NCBI RefSeq assembly: GCF_964188315.1
Contig: NC_135667.1
Coordinates: forward strand, 25,916,001-25,980,000
DNA from: Podarcis muralis
Lineage: Eukaryota
Direction: 5' to 3'
DNA length: 64,000 bases
Shown: positions 46,759 through 58,180 of the stretch, piece after piece
Layout: each line of letters begins with the position of its first letter
How positions within the stretch are numbered: the first letter of the stretch is position 1
Notes under the pieces: generated by a model
What the model was told of the DNA's origin: nothing
The model's database searches: none
Seen by the model: only the letters and a program-made list of their open reading frames with translations
Program-made: the position numbers and the translations under genes

Positions 46759-49700
46759 ATGGCCTCACAACCAGTTCAGATGGCTTTTGAGCGTCTGAAT
46801 GACTCCAATTACTTGCTGTGGTCGGAACGCATGCAGGCAGTGCTGCAGAGGGATCGTCTCTGGCAAGTGGTGAGTAAGTTTCCTGCGAAGCCTGATGATG
46901 AAGACCTCGATAAAGACCAAAGAGCAAGGGCCACAATTGTCTTGGGGCTGGAAGATTCCCAGTTGCCGTATGTGAGGGGAATCAAGACAGCTAGAGGTGT
47001 GTGGCAAGCACTTAAAGAACTCCATGTGCGTGAGACAGCGGTTTCCAAGCTGTTCATTCGCAAGGCATTGTACAAGGCAATGTTACAGCCTGGGGTTACA
47101 ATGCAGGAACACCTACACAGTTTACAGTTAAAGTTTACTGCACTACAGGAAAGAGACTGTGCGTTAGACCAGCAGGAGAAGGTGGCTATTATTTTAAGTT
47201 CTCTCCCGGAAAGCTGGGATAATTTAGTTTTGTCTCTAGAAGGCATGCAGGAGCATGATTTATCAGTCAGTTACGTTACTGGGCGTTTGATTGAAGAATG
47301 GCAGAAGAGGCAAGAAAGGTCGTTGGCTGCAGAGGCTTCTACAGACGGGCGGTTTGGAAGGAGTTCTCATGCCGTGCCAGAGGTGAAGCAAAAGCAGCGT
47401 ACCGGTGAGGAGTCAGCATTTGCTGTTAGGCGTTGTTTCCAATGTGGGTCTTCAGCGCATCTAAAACGACAATGTCCGGAGTTGGTCAAGTCTCAGTTGC
47501 TGGTGCAGGAGCAGAGACGAGATCAGCAGCAGCAGCAGCGTAAAAGGAAATTCTTCAAACGAAAACAGTCGGCTCAGCTGGTGACCGGCGAGGTCAAGAT
47601 TGCTGATGAGAAACAAGCGGTCTGGGTGGTCGATTCGGGAGCATCTCGCCACATCGTAAATTCAGATGAATTGTTTGTTTCCAAGAACTCAGCACAGCGC
47701 AGCCAGGTGGCTCTAGCAGACGGAAGTACTTCCGAAGTGATTTCGGGGGGTGCAGTTTTTGTTCCTTGTCTTCGTGAATGCCTGCAAAATGTACTTTGTG
47801 TGCCTTCATTAAGGAGCAATCTGATGTCTGTAGATTGTTTGCTAAAAGCTGGGTTTAAAGTGTATTTTGAAGGAGACAGTTGCATCATTAAGAAGGCTGG
47901 TGAGATTTTAGGCACTGCTAAGTCAGAGGGAGGCTTGTTTTGGCTTAAAGCAGGTTTTCAAGTTGCAGCAGTAGTCAGTAAATCTCAGCCTGCAGTGAAT
48001 AACAAAGCTATACATGACAACTGTGTGCACTTATTGCATAGGAAAATGGGGCATGCTTGCTGGAAAAGTGTACTAAAAATGTCTGAATTGGCTGATGGGG
48101 GTAATTTAAAGAGTTGTAACAAGTACCTTGATTGTAATGTTTGTAAAAAGGTTAAAACCCACAGAGTCTCTTACCCCAGAAGTGACAGAGTTAGTGAGGC
48201 ACCGCTACAGCTGGTTCACATGGACGTAATTGGTCCATTTGCTGTAAGCAGGGGTGGATCGCGTTTTTCACTAACAATTGTGGATGACGCCGCGCGTTAT
48301 TCTTGGGTTTTTCCCATGAAGAATAAGGGTGACGTGTTCACTAAGTTTAAAGGCTGGGTGGCATCTGTGGAAAGATTTCTGTCCATTAAACTCAAAAGGA
48401 TTCAGACGGATAGAGGTGGCGAATTTATGTCAAATGCCTTTAAAGATTGGTTACAAAAGCGTGGCATTGGGCATAGGAAAACGAACGTTTTTCCCCCAGA
48501 GGAGAATGGCGTTGCAGAGCGAAAAAACAGATCTTTACAAGATATGATGTTTGCCATGCTTGATGATGCTGATTTGCCCATGTCTTATTGGGGGGAGAGC
48601 ATGCTCACCGCGTGTTATCTCCAAAACAGGCTCTTTCATCAAACAATAGGTACAACCCCGTACTTTAAATTGTTTCAGAAAAAACCCAAAATTGACCATT
48701 TGCATGTGTTTGGATCAAAAGCCTGGGTATTAATTCCGAAACAAATGAGGAAGAAGGGAGATCCTAAGACCAAACAGTTAGTGTTTGTGGGTTACCAGGA
48801 GCTGGGAAAAGGTTTCCGCTTTGCTGAAGGGACAAATGGCATTGTGATCTCCAGGAATGCCAGTTTTTGTGAACATAGTGGCTGGGAGAGACTACATGCC
48901 AATACTGAGGTTTGGTTTGAACCTTCCCAGGAGCTTCATGACTCTGAAAGTGGACACAGAGAATCAGAGTCTGAGGGGGAGGAAAGTTCAGATAAGAGCT
49001 CTCAAGAAAGTGGAGTTAGCCAAAGACCAGTTGCTAAGCAACAAAAGAGAGGTCGTAGTTCTGAGGAGGAAAGTGGGTCAGAAGAAAAATTTTCTCCCAG
49101 AAGATCTAAAAGACAAAACAAAGGAGTGCCTCCGGTGCGTTTTTCTCCAGATACTGCAAATGTGTTTAGTGTAATTGCAGAACCCAAGAGTTTTCAGGAG
49201 GTGTTAAAGTTACCAAAAGAGGAGGCAGAGCGCTGGAAACAGGCAATGGAGGAAGAGATGTCCTCTCTGAATGAGCACAAGGTTTTTACACCAGTGGCAG
49301 CGCCTGAGGGGGCAAAGATTGTAGGCTGCAGGTGGGTGTACAAACTTAAACCTCTGGTGACAGGAGAGTACAAGTACAAAGCTCGTTTAGTGGCCCAAGG
49401 ATACTCTCAGAGGCCTGGAAAAGATTATGACGAGACTTTTTCCCCTACTGCTAAGGGGGACAGTGTAAGGCTGATTTTAACGCTTGGAGCAAAGAGAAAA
49501 CTCCTGTTAAACCATTTTGACATTCAGACTGCATATTTACATGCATCAATATCAGAAGACCTGTATCTAGCTGAACCGCCTGGTTATGAGACAGGTTCCA
49601 ATAGAGTGTTAAAATTAAACAAAGCTCTATACGGTCTCAAACAGGCTGCAAGATCTTGGAACAAGTGTTTCCATGAGGCCTTAGTGTCATTTGGTTTCAA

Positions 49701-50721
49701 GCAGAGTACAGCTGACAATTGTGTTTATGTACGTGGTACAGGCAGTGATCAAGAGTTTTGTCTGATTTATGTAGATGATGTTTTGTATGCTTGCAAAACA
49801 GATAAACAAACTAAAAGGTTTGCCAAACAATTGTCCAGTAAGTTCAAAGTGAAAGACTTAGGCCCGGTTAGGACATATCTAGGGTTGGAAGTGTGCTGGG
49901 CCCAAGATGGCAGCTGTCTAATTAGTCAGCAGAACAAAGTTAAACAACTACTGACTACATACAGGATGCAGGATTGCAAAGGGGCAGTGGTGCCTATGGA
50001 TCCAGGTTTCATAAAAACACTTCATATAGATGAGAGTCCTGAATTTGAACATCCTGATGTATATCATTCTGTAATTGGAAGTTTATTGTATCTAGCACAG
50101 TGGTCCAGACCTGATATTAGCTACGCAGTAGGCATATTAAGTAGATTGGTCTCAAAACCCACACTAAATGCCTGGAAAGGGGTAAAACAAGTTCTGAGGT
50201 ATCTCAAACAGACAATTGGCTATATGTTACAATTAAATTCTTCAGAGGATGAAATGTTGAGTTGCTACTGTGATAGTGACTGGGGAAATTTGCCGGATAG
50301 AAAATCTGTCACAGGACTAGTCATAATGGTCGGTGGAGCTTTAATCAGCTGGCGGTCACGCAAGCAAGACGTTGTAAGTGTGTCATCAACGGAATCAGAG
50401 TACGCCGCATTGAGTGAATTGTGCAATGAGGTGATTTATTTCAAGCATTTGTTAGCAGATTTAAATGTAAATTGTGGAGAACCAGTACAAGTTTACATTG
50501 ATAATCAAGCTTGTATAACCTTAAGTAAAACAGAGGGTTTCAAATCACGTTCCAAACATATCTCTGTAAAATACCAAAATGTACGTTGCTGTGTACAAGA
50601 CAATGTAATCACATGTACATATGTATCAAGTGAAGAAAATGTAGCAGATGTGTTAACTAAACCATTGGCAAAGATAAAGAACAAGCGAATGTGCAAGGGT
50701 TTAGGTTTGCTGGAAAAATGA
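46759..50721 (+). CDS. Copia Gag-Pol polyprotein, intact, 1320 aa (Gag, CCHC, protease, integrase, RT, RNase H)
   Basis: CFQCGSSAHLKRQC, WVVDSGAS, HRKMGH..C..C, LVHMDV, IQTDRGGEF, ENGVAERKNR, KARLVAQG, LNKALYGLKQA, IYVDD, YCDSDW, IDNQ, VADVLTKPL; IN precedes RT (Copia order). Confidence 0.97.
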   Translation: MASQPVQMAFERLNDSNYLLWSERMQAVLQRDRLWQVVSKFPAKPDDEDLDKDQRARATIVLGLEDSQLPYVRGIKTARGVWQALKELHVRETAVSKLFIRKALYKAMLQPGVTMQEHLHSLQLKFTALQERDCALDQQEKVAIILSSLPESWDNLVLSLEGMQEHDLSVSYVTGRLIEEWQKRQERSLAAEASTDGRFGRSSHAVPEVKQKQRTGEESAFAVRRCFQCGSSAHLKRQCPELVKSQLLVQEQRRDQQQQQRKRKFFKRKQSAQLVTGEVKIADEKQAVWVVDSGASRHIVNSDELFVSKNSAQRSQVALADGSTSEVISGGAVFVPCLRECLQNVLCVPSLRSNLMSVDCLLKAGFKVYFEGDSCIIKKAGEILGTAKSEGGLFWLKAGFQVAAVVSKSQPAVNNKAIHDNCVHLLHRKMGHACWKSVLKMSELADGGNLKSCNKYLDCNVCKKVKTHRVSYPRSDRVSEAPLQLVHMDVIGPFAVSRGGSRFSLTIVDDAARYSWVFPMKNKGDVFTKFKGWVASVERFLSIKLKRIQTDRGGEFMSNAFKDWLQKRGIGHRKTNVFPPEENGVAERKNRSLQDMMFAMLDDADLPMSYWGESMLTACYLQNRLFHQTIGTTPYFKLFQKKPKIDHLHVFGSKAWVLIPKQMRKKGDPKTKQLVFVGYQELGKGFRFAEGTNGIVISRNASFCEHSGWERLHANTEVWFEPSQELHDSESGHRESESEGEESSDKSSQESGVSQRPVAKQQKRGRSSEEESGSEEKFSPRRSKRQNKGVPPVRFSPDTANVFSVIAEPKSFQEVLKLPKEEAERWKQAMEEEMSSLNEHKVFTPVAAPEGAKIVGCRWVYKLKPLVTGEYKYKARLVAQGYSQRPGKDYDETFSPTAKGDSVRLILTLGAKRKLLLNHFDIQTAYLHASISEDLYLAEPPGYETGSNRVLKLNKALYGLKQAARSWNKCFHEALVSFGFKQSTADNCVYVRGTGSDQEFCLIYVDDVLYACKTDKQTKRFAKQLSSKFKVKDLGPVRTYLGLEVCWAQDGSCLISQQNKVKQLLTTYRMQDCKGAVVPMDPGFIKTLHIDESPEFEHPDVYHSVIGSLLYLAQWSRPDISYAVGILSRLVSKPTLNAWKGVKQVLRYLKQTIGYMLQLNSSEDEMLSCYCDSDWGNLPDRKSVTGLVIMVGGALISWRSRKQDVVSVSSTESEYAALSELCNEVIYFKHLLADLNVNCGEPVQVYIDNQACITLSKTEGFKSRSKHISVKYQNVRCCVQDNVITCTYVSSEENVADVLTKPLAKIKNKRMCKGLGLLEK

Positions 50722-50774
50722 TCTCCTACATAGGTGTATTTGATGTTAATTGTTCAGCAGAATCTGTGAGGGGG

Positions 50775-51218
50775 TGTTCAGTTTCTGTTAATTGGTTCTC
50801 GTGGGAAACTTGCAGATTCTAGCTTCGCACAATTAACTCAGGCTGGTGTCAATTTACTCTTGGCAGAAAGCCCAGGTCTGCTTGACCTAGAAACTACTCA
50901 CTCTGATTGGTTAACGACCAGCACTCAACTCTGTTATCAAGGGTTTGCTAGCTCAGTTTGAAGTGAGGTGTGTTAGGAGTAGAAGTGCTGTGTATGGGTT
51001 TGAGAGAGAGAGAAAGAGAGGATTTATTTTGTTGTATTTGTATGCAGAAACTCTGCTGGTTTTATTTTCTCCTTTTTTAATAAATCCTGTAAATAGTTAT
51101 TCTGAGTCTAGCTGACTTGTCATTACTGCCGCAACTAGCTTCCTCGCTGTGCAGGAAAACTCTGCTACGTTTGGGCTAAAGCCAATAGGGCTATGCCTGA
51201 CACTTCAAAGTTCCATGA
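50775..51218 (+). repeat. Copia 3' LTR
   Basis: Identical by eye to 46080-46523; preceded by the PPT and followed by the TSD. Confidence 0.95.
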
Positions 51219-52762
51219 ATAGAAACACAGACACCTATATCTACCAATCTACATATCTACATCTGTTTAGTTCTAAGGATTTATTAGATAGACAGATACG
51301 CAGACATTGTAAAAAGATGATATAAGAATATATGGTAAATTCATCAATAACATATGTATTCACCTGAATGAAGGGTAATCCACAGGGCTCACACAAGCTG
51401 CCAGTTATCCAGGAGGCATCAATACTATTCAGGCTAATTGGTAGAATGAAATCCTATGAAAATGGCAGACTAATATAGATTATTGCCAAATGAAACAATG
51501 ATACTGAATCCTTTCATTAAAAGGAATGAGTTTTCAAGAGGCAATTCATAACTCAACCACTTACATCTTTGCCCTTCTTATCTCATCTATCCTTGTGTCT
51601 AAAATTTCCTGCACCATGTTATCCCACAAAAAACATAAGACGGGAAACTGTACAGCCTGAGAAACAGCTTTATGTTGTTTGGTGCTGCTATTTCAAGAGT
51701 CACTTCACACACACAGGAGACCTAATCTATATCTCCGAGTATTAGATAACCTTTGGGATATGTTTAATAACAATTAATTATTTACATATTCTCTCTCTTT
51801 CTCTCCTGCCAATGGCCTAGATCATAATTCTTGTTTACCTAACATAGAGGTGGAAAATTGTTCCATGCACTTTTTAGGATGTGGAAGAATGAACAGATTA
51901 GTAGGCAAAGGAGATCCAAATTGGCCTCACCATTTGGTAGCCTACAGGTCCACAAATTTTCAGTGTTTATTCTAAAACAAACAAAGAAAAGTATGCCATT
52001 AGTCCTTTAAATTATGCAGCTGTAAACAAAGGTCACCCTGTGTGCTCTGGCTAATGTTTTCAAAGGCACTGGACTACTGACAACCACTAGGGGAAGGTAT
52101 TCAAGTATTAAATATATTTTAAAAATATTTTAAATGAACCATAAACTAAAGGCAGATTAAAATACCTGATAGAGTCTACATGTCTGAATAGGTTTGCCAA
52201 ATAAAAAATGTTTTTAGCCACCATGGAAAATAATACAGTGGAAGGGGCTGCCTGATGTCAGTAGATAGGGAGTTTCATTGTTTGGTTGCTGCCATACCTA
52301 AGATAAATTTCTTACAAGTGCTGAATGACTATATGTGACACTTTAAATTTTGGCAGTTCTGCAGCTTGAAGTGGTAAAGTGTACATCTATGGGGTAAAGC
52401 AATCTAGCAGGTAAACTAGTCCCAAAGTATTAAGGACATTCTTCCTATTTATTTCATTATAAATATACCGTACACTGCTCCATTGTAGAAAAACTCAATG
52501 CAGTTTATGTACTTATAGTAACAGCCTGAAGTTGATCCAGTAGCAGACTGTCAACCAGTGCAGTTTTCTGAGCACAGATGTTAAGTGCCAAAGGCACATG
52601 ACTTTCTGCCTTCCAGCACATGTTTTCCTTGCCCACACTGCTGTTTGGTTTGGGGCATGTCTTCCTTGTTATATTTTAATAAATATAACCCTGTCTGAAG
52701 TCCTCATTTGAAGCGTGGTGCAAGTAAACGTATGCCCTTCAGATGCACTTCAGATGTAGATA

Positions 52763-53707
52763 TTAGCCCATTCTCATTGATGAAGGTCCATGCACTGATT
52801 TTCTGAAGGCATCTTTGAATTCCTGATTCCTCAGGCAGTAGATGACTGGATTGAGAAGTGGTGTGAGGACGGTGTAGACAACAGACACCAGCTTGTTGGC
52901 ATAAAAAGAGGTGAGGGCTCTTGGCCGGGCATAGATGAAAATAGTGGTAGAATAGAAAATTGTGACTACCAGAAGGTGTGAAGCACAGGTGGAAAAGGCT
53001 TTGTGCTTCCCTTTGGCTGAAGGTATGTGGAGAATTGTGGAGATGATGCAGATGTAAGAGGTGATTGTTACAGAGAGTGGGCCAATGAGAATGAGTAAGG
53101 CAAGAAGGAAATCAATGAGCTCAGCCAATGACATATCAGTGCAGGCCAAGTTGAGAAGTGGGGAAACATCACAGAAGAAGTGGTTGATAACGTTGGGTCC
53201 ACAGTAGCTCAAGCGTGAGATGAAGATGATCTTCCCCATGGCGATGAAAATGCCACTCAACCAGGAACCAGCTGCTAGACGAATGCATAAGTTTTGACTC
53301 ATAATAGCTGGATAGCGCAATGGGTTGCAGATGGCAACATAGCGATCATAAGCCATAACAGTTAGAAGGACACACTCAGTGCATGCCAAAGCCAGGAAGA
53401 AGTACAGCTGGGCCATGCAACCTATGAAAGAGATTTCTCTTTTCTCTGCCACAAAGCCAGCAAGCATTTTGGGGACCGTGACGGAGACATACCAGATCTC
53501 CAGGAAAGAAAGATTACTCAGGAAGAGATACATAGGCTTATGAAGATTGATGTTCATCCAGATTAAGGCAATGATCACCACATTCTCCATTATTGTCAGT
53601 GTGTAAGCAACCAGAAAAGTGGTGAATAACAAGAGCTGCAGCCTCAGATCTCCAGGAAAACCAACCAGGATGAATTCATTCACTTGTGTCCAGTTTGCCA
53701 GTTGCAT
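52763..53707 (-). CDS. Olfactory receptor family 6 (OR6B/6A-like), intact (314 aa)
   Basis: [46 protein letters not shown]. Confidence 0.95.
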   Translation of the reverse strand: MQLANWTQVNEFILVGFPGDLRLQLLLFTTFLVAYTLTIMENVVIIALIWMNINLHKPMYLFLSNLSFLEIWYVSVTVPKMLAGFVAEKREISFIGCMAQLYFFLALACTECVLLTVMAYDRYVAICNPLRYPAIMSQNLCIRLAAGSWLSGIFIAMGKIIFISRLSYCGPNVINHFFCDVSPLLNLACTDMSLAELIDFLLALLILIGPLSVTITSYICIISTILHIPSAKGKHKAFSTCASHLLVVTIFYSTTIFIYARPRALTSFYANKLVSVVYTVLTPLLNPVIYCLRNQEFKDAFRKSVHGPSSMRMG

Positions 53708-54831
53708 CTCAAATGCTTGCTGGTATCATAGATGAAAGGCAGAAAGACACAGAAAGAAGATTAATACACATGACTTGTTCAAAAGCAAATTACAGTGAGT
53801 GCCCTTCCACTCTGCAAATTTAATTTAATATCTTTATTTCCTAAAAATTATTCACCAATTGATTGTAAAGGACCTGAAAGTGATTAGCAAAATGAGAAAA
53901 CCATACAATCAAGAACTGTACTTTAAAACACACAAAGGTTAAAATACCAAAATAGATTAAAATTAATTCAACTTTCTATACATATCTGTTGTTGCATAGA
54001 GAGCTTTACGATTTCTTTATTCAGGAAACCACATTTCACAGGGTTGCATCCAGTCTAAATCCCATTGAAATCAACATGAAAGCCATGACTAAGTAAAGCC
54101 CCACTGATGCCAGTGGGAACTGAGTTCAACTAACTTCGGCTGTAATCCCCACACACCTTATAAGAAGCAAAGTTTACTCATCAAGCTACCATAGCCAGGT
54201 GACCCACTCTACAGCCCAGGGCAGTGCATCTAGTTTCACTGCTTGGGGGAAAACGAGAAGTTCCACTTTGCCCTACTGCCCCCACCCACCTTCTCTTGCC
54301 CCCACCTGCTTTGCTGCTGTTGTGTGTCCTGCCCCATCCTCTGCTGGCATAGAAGCGGCACCACCATCGATGCCAATTTTCAGAGAGATATTGCCCCAAA
54401 GTGGTGCCAATGGTGGCGGTGCTTCTCTGCCACTTGAAAAGGCGGTGGAGCAGATGGATCACCTACAGGCATGCCACCTGGGGGGCTTCTGCCACCTAAA
54501 GCAGTAGCCCCATCTGCCTCATGGCTGGGCCAGCACTGTCTACAGTGAATAGATTTTGAAGGACTGTCAGAGGGCATTGTCTTCTGCTTGAGAATTGTCC
54601 AGTCTAGATTAAAGATAAGGAACCAGAAAAAGGGAGAAATCACCTGATTTCTTCCCCTCTACATTGAGATGTATTGCATTTCTATTTAAATTCTTGTAGT
54701 TCTTTCTAAATGTGTGTCTATACATATAAAGTACCATATGAAAAATTTATGCAAATATTTCATCTTCTTTTTTGTGAATGGGAAGCCTCTTTTTTTGGCA
54801 ATACATAATTGGCCATCCTACATTAAACATA

Positions 54832-55170
54832 AAGTGGTGACTCGCAAGACAAAATTAATCCGTTCCGCGAGTCTCTTCGTCTTGCGGTTTTTTTGTCTTG
54901 CGAAGCACGGCTATTAGCGGCTTAGCGGCTTAGAGGCTATTAGCGGCTTAGTGGCTTAGCGGCTATTAACGGCTTAGTGGCTTAGCGGCTATTAACGGCT
55001 TAGCGGCTTAAAGAAAAAGGAAACAAATTCGCAAGAACTCGCAAGACGTTTCGTCTTGCGAAGCAAGCCCATAGGGAAATTCGTCTTGCGGAACAACTCA
55101 AAAAACGGAAAACCCTTTCGTCTAGCGAGTTTTTCGTCTTGCGAGGCATTCGTCTTGCGGGGCACCACTG
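54832..55170. mobile_element. Tc1/mariner-type MITE with an internal minisatellite
   Basis: TA-AAGTGGTGACTCGCAAGAC...GTCTTGCGGGGCACCACTG-TA; internal GCTTAGCG/GCTATTA repeats at about 54909-55010. Confidence 0.8.
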
Positions 55171-56133
55171 TAGACTTATTTCAGATTAGATATACATAAG
55201 ATGGTCTGGATGTGACTCTTAATGTATAACTGATGACTTAAGTTTTTAATGAGTGTTGCTATCAAGTTGTTTACCAAAACTGATTCATAAATCCATGTTC
55301 ATAAGCATGTAGGTTAAATTTTATAACTGTAAAAGAAATATATATATACAGTATACTCACTTTGGGATGGTTAAAGAAATGAACACCCATAGTGGGACAG
55401 GAAGCCAATGCATTATTGCAACCCCAAATGGTGAGCATTAGACATTTTCAGTAGTACCGGGATTTCCCTTTGGTGCTGGTAACGGTCACTGGACTTATTT
55501 TGCAAACCTTTATTCAGAATGGTGACAGACTGCACCTTTTGGCCATTTTAACCCCACTTATTACAATTACCCTTCAATACATGCCAACTGAGTTGTGCCC
55601 CTGTCTTTTGCCATCATAAATTTGCCACCAAACATTTGTTAATCTTGAAGGTGCGTCAAGACTTTGTTGCAGGGCTAGCCTCAAGCAGAGCAGCCAATGG
55701 TGACTCTCATCCCCCTCAAGTAAATGTTCACACTACCCAAGTAAGCTGGTAAAGGTTTTTGGGCATCTTGAAGCATTTGTCTCTCTCCCCAGCAGTAAAA
55801 ATACAATAATGTTAGCTCGATGTTAGATGGTTCCCCTCCCCATACTTTAGTTAGTGGGTATTGCTGCATTTATTCATTTAATTCCAAACAAATCAGTATT
55901 TTAAATGTTATCTTCTTTCTCAGAACCTCGCATTGTGCACTAACATCCTTAGTTTGTTTAGTTATTTACATTGCAAATGTCCTCTCCTACATCAGCAGTC
56001 AAACTGGAATGCATATACAAACAAGTCTATGCATATTTTAGGGATGCTTCCAAACTTTCCAGTGTCTTAACTATAAATTGGTTCACTTATATATTTTAAT
56101 ATGGCTGTTAAGTTCAATACTAGATACCTCACA

Positions 56134-56632
56134 GCATCTTAAAAAGCAGATACATCACCTTGCCAACAAAGGCCTGTATAGTTAAAGCTATGTTTTTCCC
56201 AGCAGTGATGTATGGAAGTGAGAGCTGGACCATAAAGAAAGCTGATCGCCAAAGAATTGATGCTTTTGAATTGTGGTGCTGGAGGAGACTCTTGAGAGTC
56301 CCATGGGCTGCAAGAAGATCAAAGCTATCCATTCTGAAGGAAATCAGCCCTGAGTGATCACTGGAAGGACAGATCCTGAAGCTGAGGCTCCAATACTTTG
56401 GCTACCTCATGAGAAGAGAAGATTCCCTGGAAAAGACCCTGATGCTGGGAAAGATTGAGGGCACATGGAGAAGGTGATGACAGAGGATGAGATGGCTGGA
56501 CAGTGTTCTCAAAGCTACGAACATGAGTGTGACCAAGCTGCAGGAGGCAGTGGAAGACAGGAGTGCCTGGCATGCTCTGGTCCATGGGGTCACAAAGAGT
56601 CGGACACGACTAAACGACTAAACAACAACAAC
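56134..56632 (+). mobile_element. Bov-B (RTE) LINE, 5'-truncated 3' fragment
   Basis: LPTKACIVKAMFFPAVMYGSESWTIKKADRQRIDAFELWCWRRLLRVPW; 3' end CATGGGGTCACAAAGAGTCGGACACGACT and (CAA)n tail; TSD AGATACCTCACA/AGATATCTCACA. Confidence 0.93.
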
Positions 56633-58180
56633 AGATATCTCACATTTATATTTTGTCATCCATCCACCCTTTTAAAATATCAAATATAATACCCTTCCAT
56701 TTTAATAAGTCAAGGGAAACTGATTAATAAACATTCTGCAATAAAATATTGATTTATCATAATTGTATATTGAATCAGATAGGACTTGATTCTAAAGGGA
56801 CATGCATAGGAATATGTGGTCAGGCTGAAATCCTATACTCAATTAATTTGAAGTAAGTCACACCAAACTCAGGAGAACTTACATCTGATCTCAAACAACC
56901 TCACAGCTAAATAAGACAACCTTCTGAACGTTTTAAAACTGAGTTATTAAAAAAGATAATGTCTAGCAACAGCAAAAAAGACAATGCTACCAAAAATAAA
57001 TTCAGCTGCATTTACTGATTTAACCTCACCAAAGTCAAATTGAAATTCTTCTAAATATAGTCTTGAAACAACTGCATTTAAGCAAACAAACAATCTGCTT
57101 CCAAAAATTAATCTCATCTTCTTTTTTCCTAGTAAATTTACCACTTGGTGAATGGTTTTATATATTCGCTCTTGACCTAATAAGTACACCTAGTTCTGTT
57201 CCGTTGGTGAAAACTACTGATCTCAGAAAGCTGTCCTAAATGATACTAGCACACAAAACCCTTATTTTAAAATATACATAATTGGAACAGAACTGCAAAC
57301 AAAACAACAACAGTGCATTACTTCAAAACCAAATATTGTTTGTCATGCATAGAAAATGAGAAGTGCATCTTTAATCCAAATTACAAATTTGGATTACCAT
57401 TTACAAATCATAAAAATGCACATGTGAAATAATGAAAACATTGCAAATACTTGCAGATACTAATTTTGAGGTTTACCTACACAGGAGAGATGAAGAAACT
57501 ATGGAAAGAATTTCTAGCTTCCCAAAAACTTGTTCAGACAAAAAGTTACAAGAAAATAGAAAAGAAAAATAAAATCAAAAAGAGAAAATTATTTCTTCAC
57601 TGATATATGGGCACTGCTGCTCACGATGAGTAGTGATGATGGTCTCAAATGCAAAAGGGCAGAGGAGATCAATGCAGAAACTGATATAGTCAGGCTGGGC
57701 TGAGAATCACACCATTGCTGAGTCTTTCAGAGATCTGTCCACAAAACAGCAATAGGAAGGTTTCTATTATGTTCATTTGGCAGCCTTTTCCTTTCTCCTT
57801 CCCTTGAGTTGCTGCGCTTGTTTAGGAACAAACTCCTAAACAAAACTTGGAACAAACTACTAACCCAAACCTCTCAGCAGGCGCCACAGTTGTAAAAGCC
57901 TCCTCCTCTGTCACCATCTGCTGCCCTGGAGATCAAACCTGGATTCTGCAGATGCTCTACCACTGAGTCACAGCCCTTTCCTAACGCCTTCATCTCTAAA
58001 CCCTAATAATAAAGCCTTCTCCTATGTTGACACCATCTGTCTCACTTCAGATGGATGGGGGCACCCAAAGGAAAGTTGAGAGCCATCCTCCTACTTGCCA
58101 CAAAAGCATCCCAGTGACTCTGGGAAATGTTTAGTGTGGACAGGCGGAGTCCCTCAGATCCCGGGCGCCCCCCCCCGTCA

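Larger units (their letters stand above)
46080..51218 (+). mobile_element. Full-length Ty1/Copia LTR retrotransposon (5139 bp)
   Basis: 444-bp LTRs (46080-46523, 50775-51218) with no differences seen, TSD ATAGA (46075-46079, 51219-51223), PBS GGTTATGGGC (46524-46533), PPT GAGGGGG (50768-50774) and a single intact ORF. Confidence 0.97.

Noticed and set aside
54909-55010. Short repeat array as CRISPR or telomere-like sequence
   Set aside because: Eukaryotic DNA, no unique spacers, units are not TTAGGG; it lies inside a MITE.
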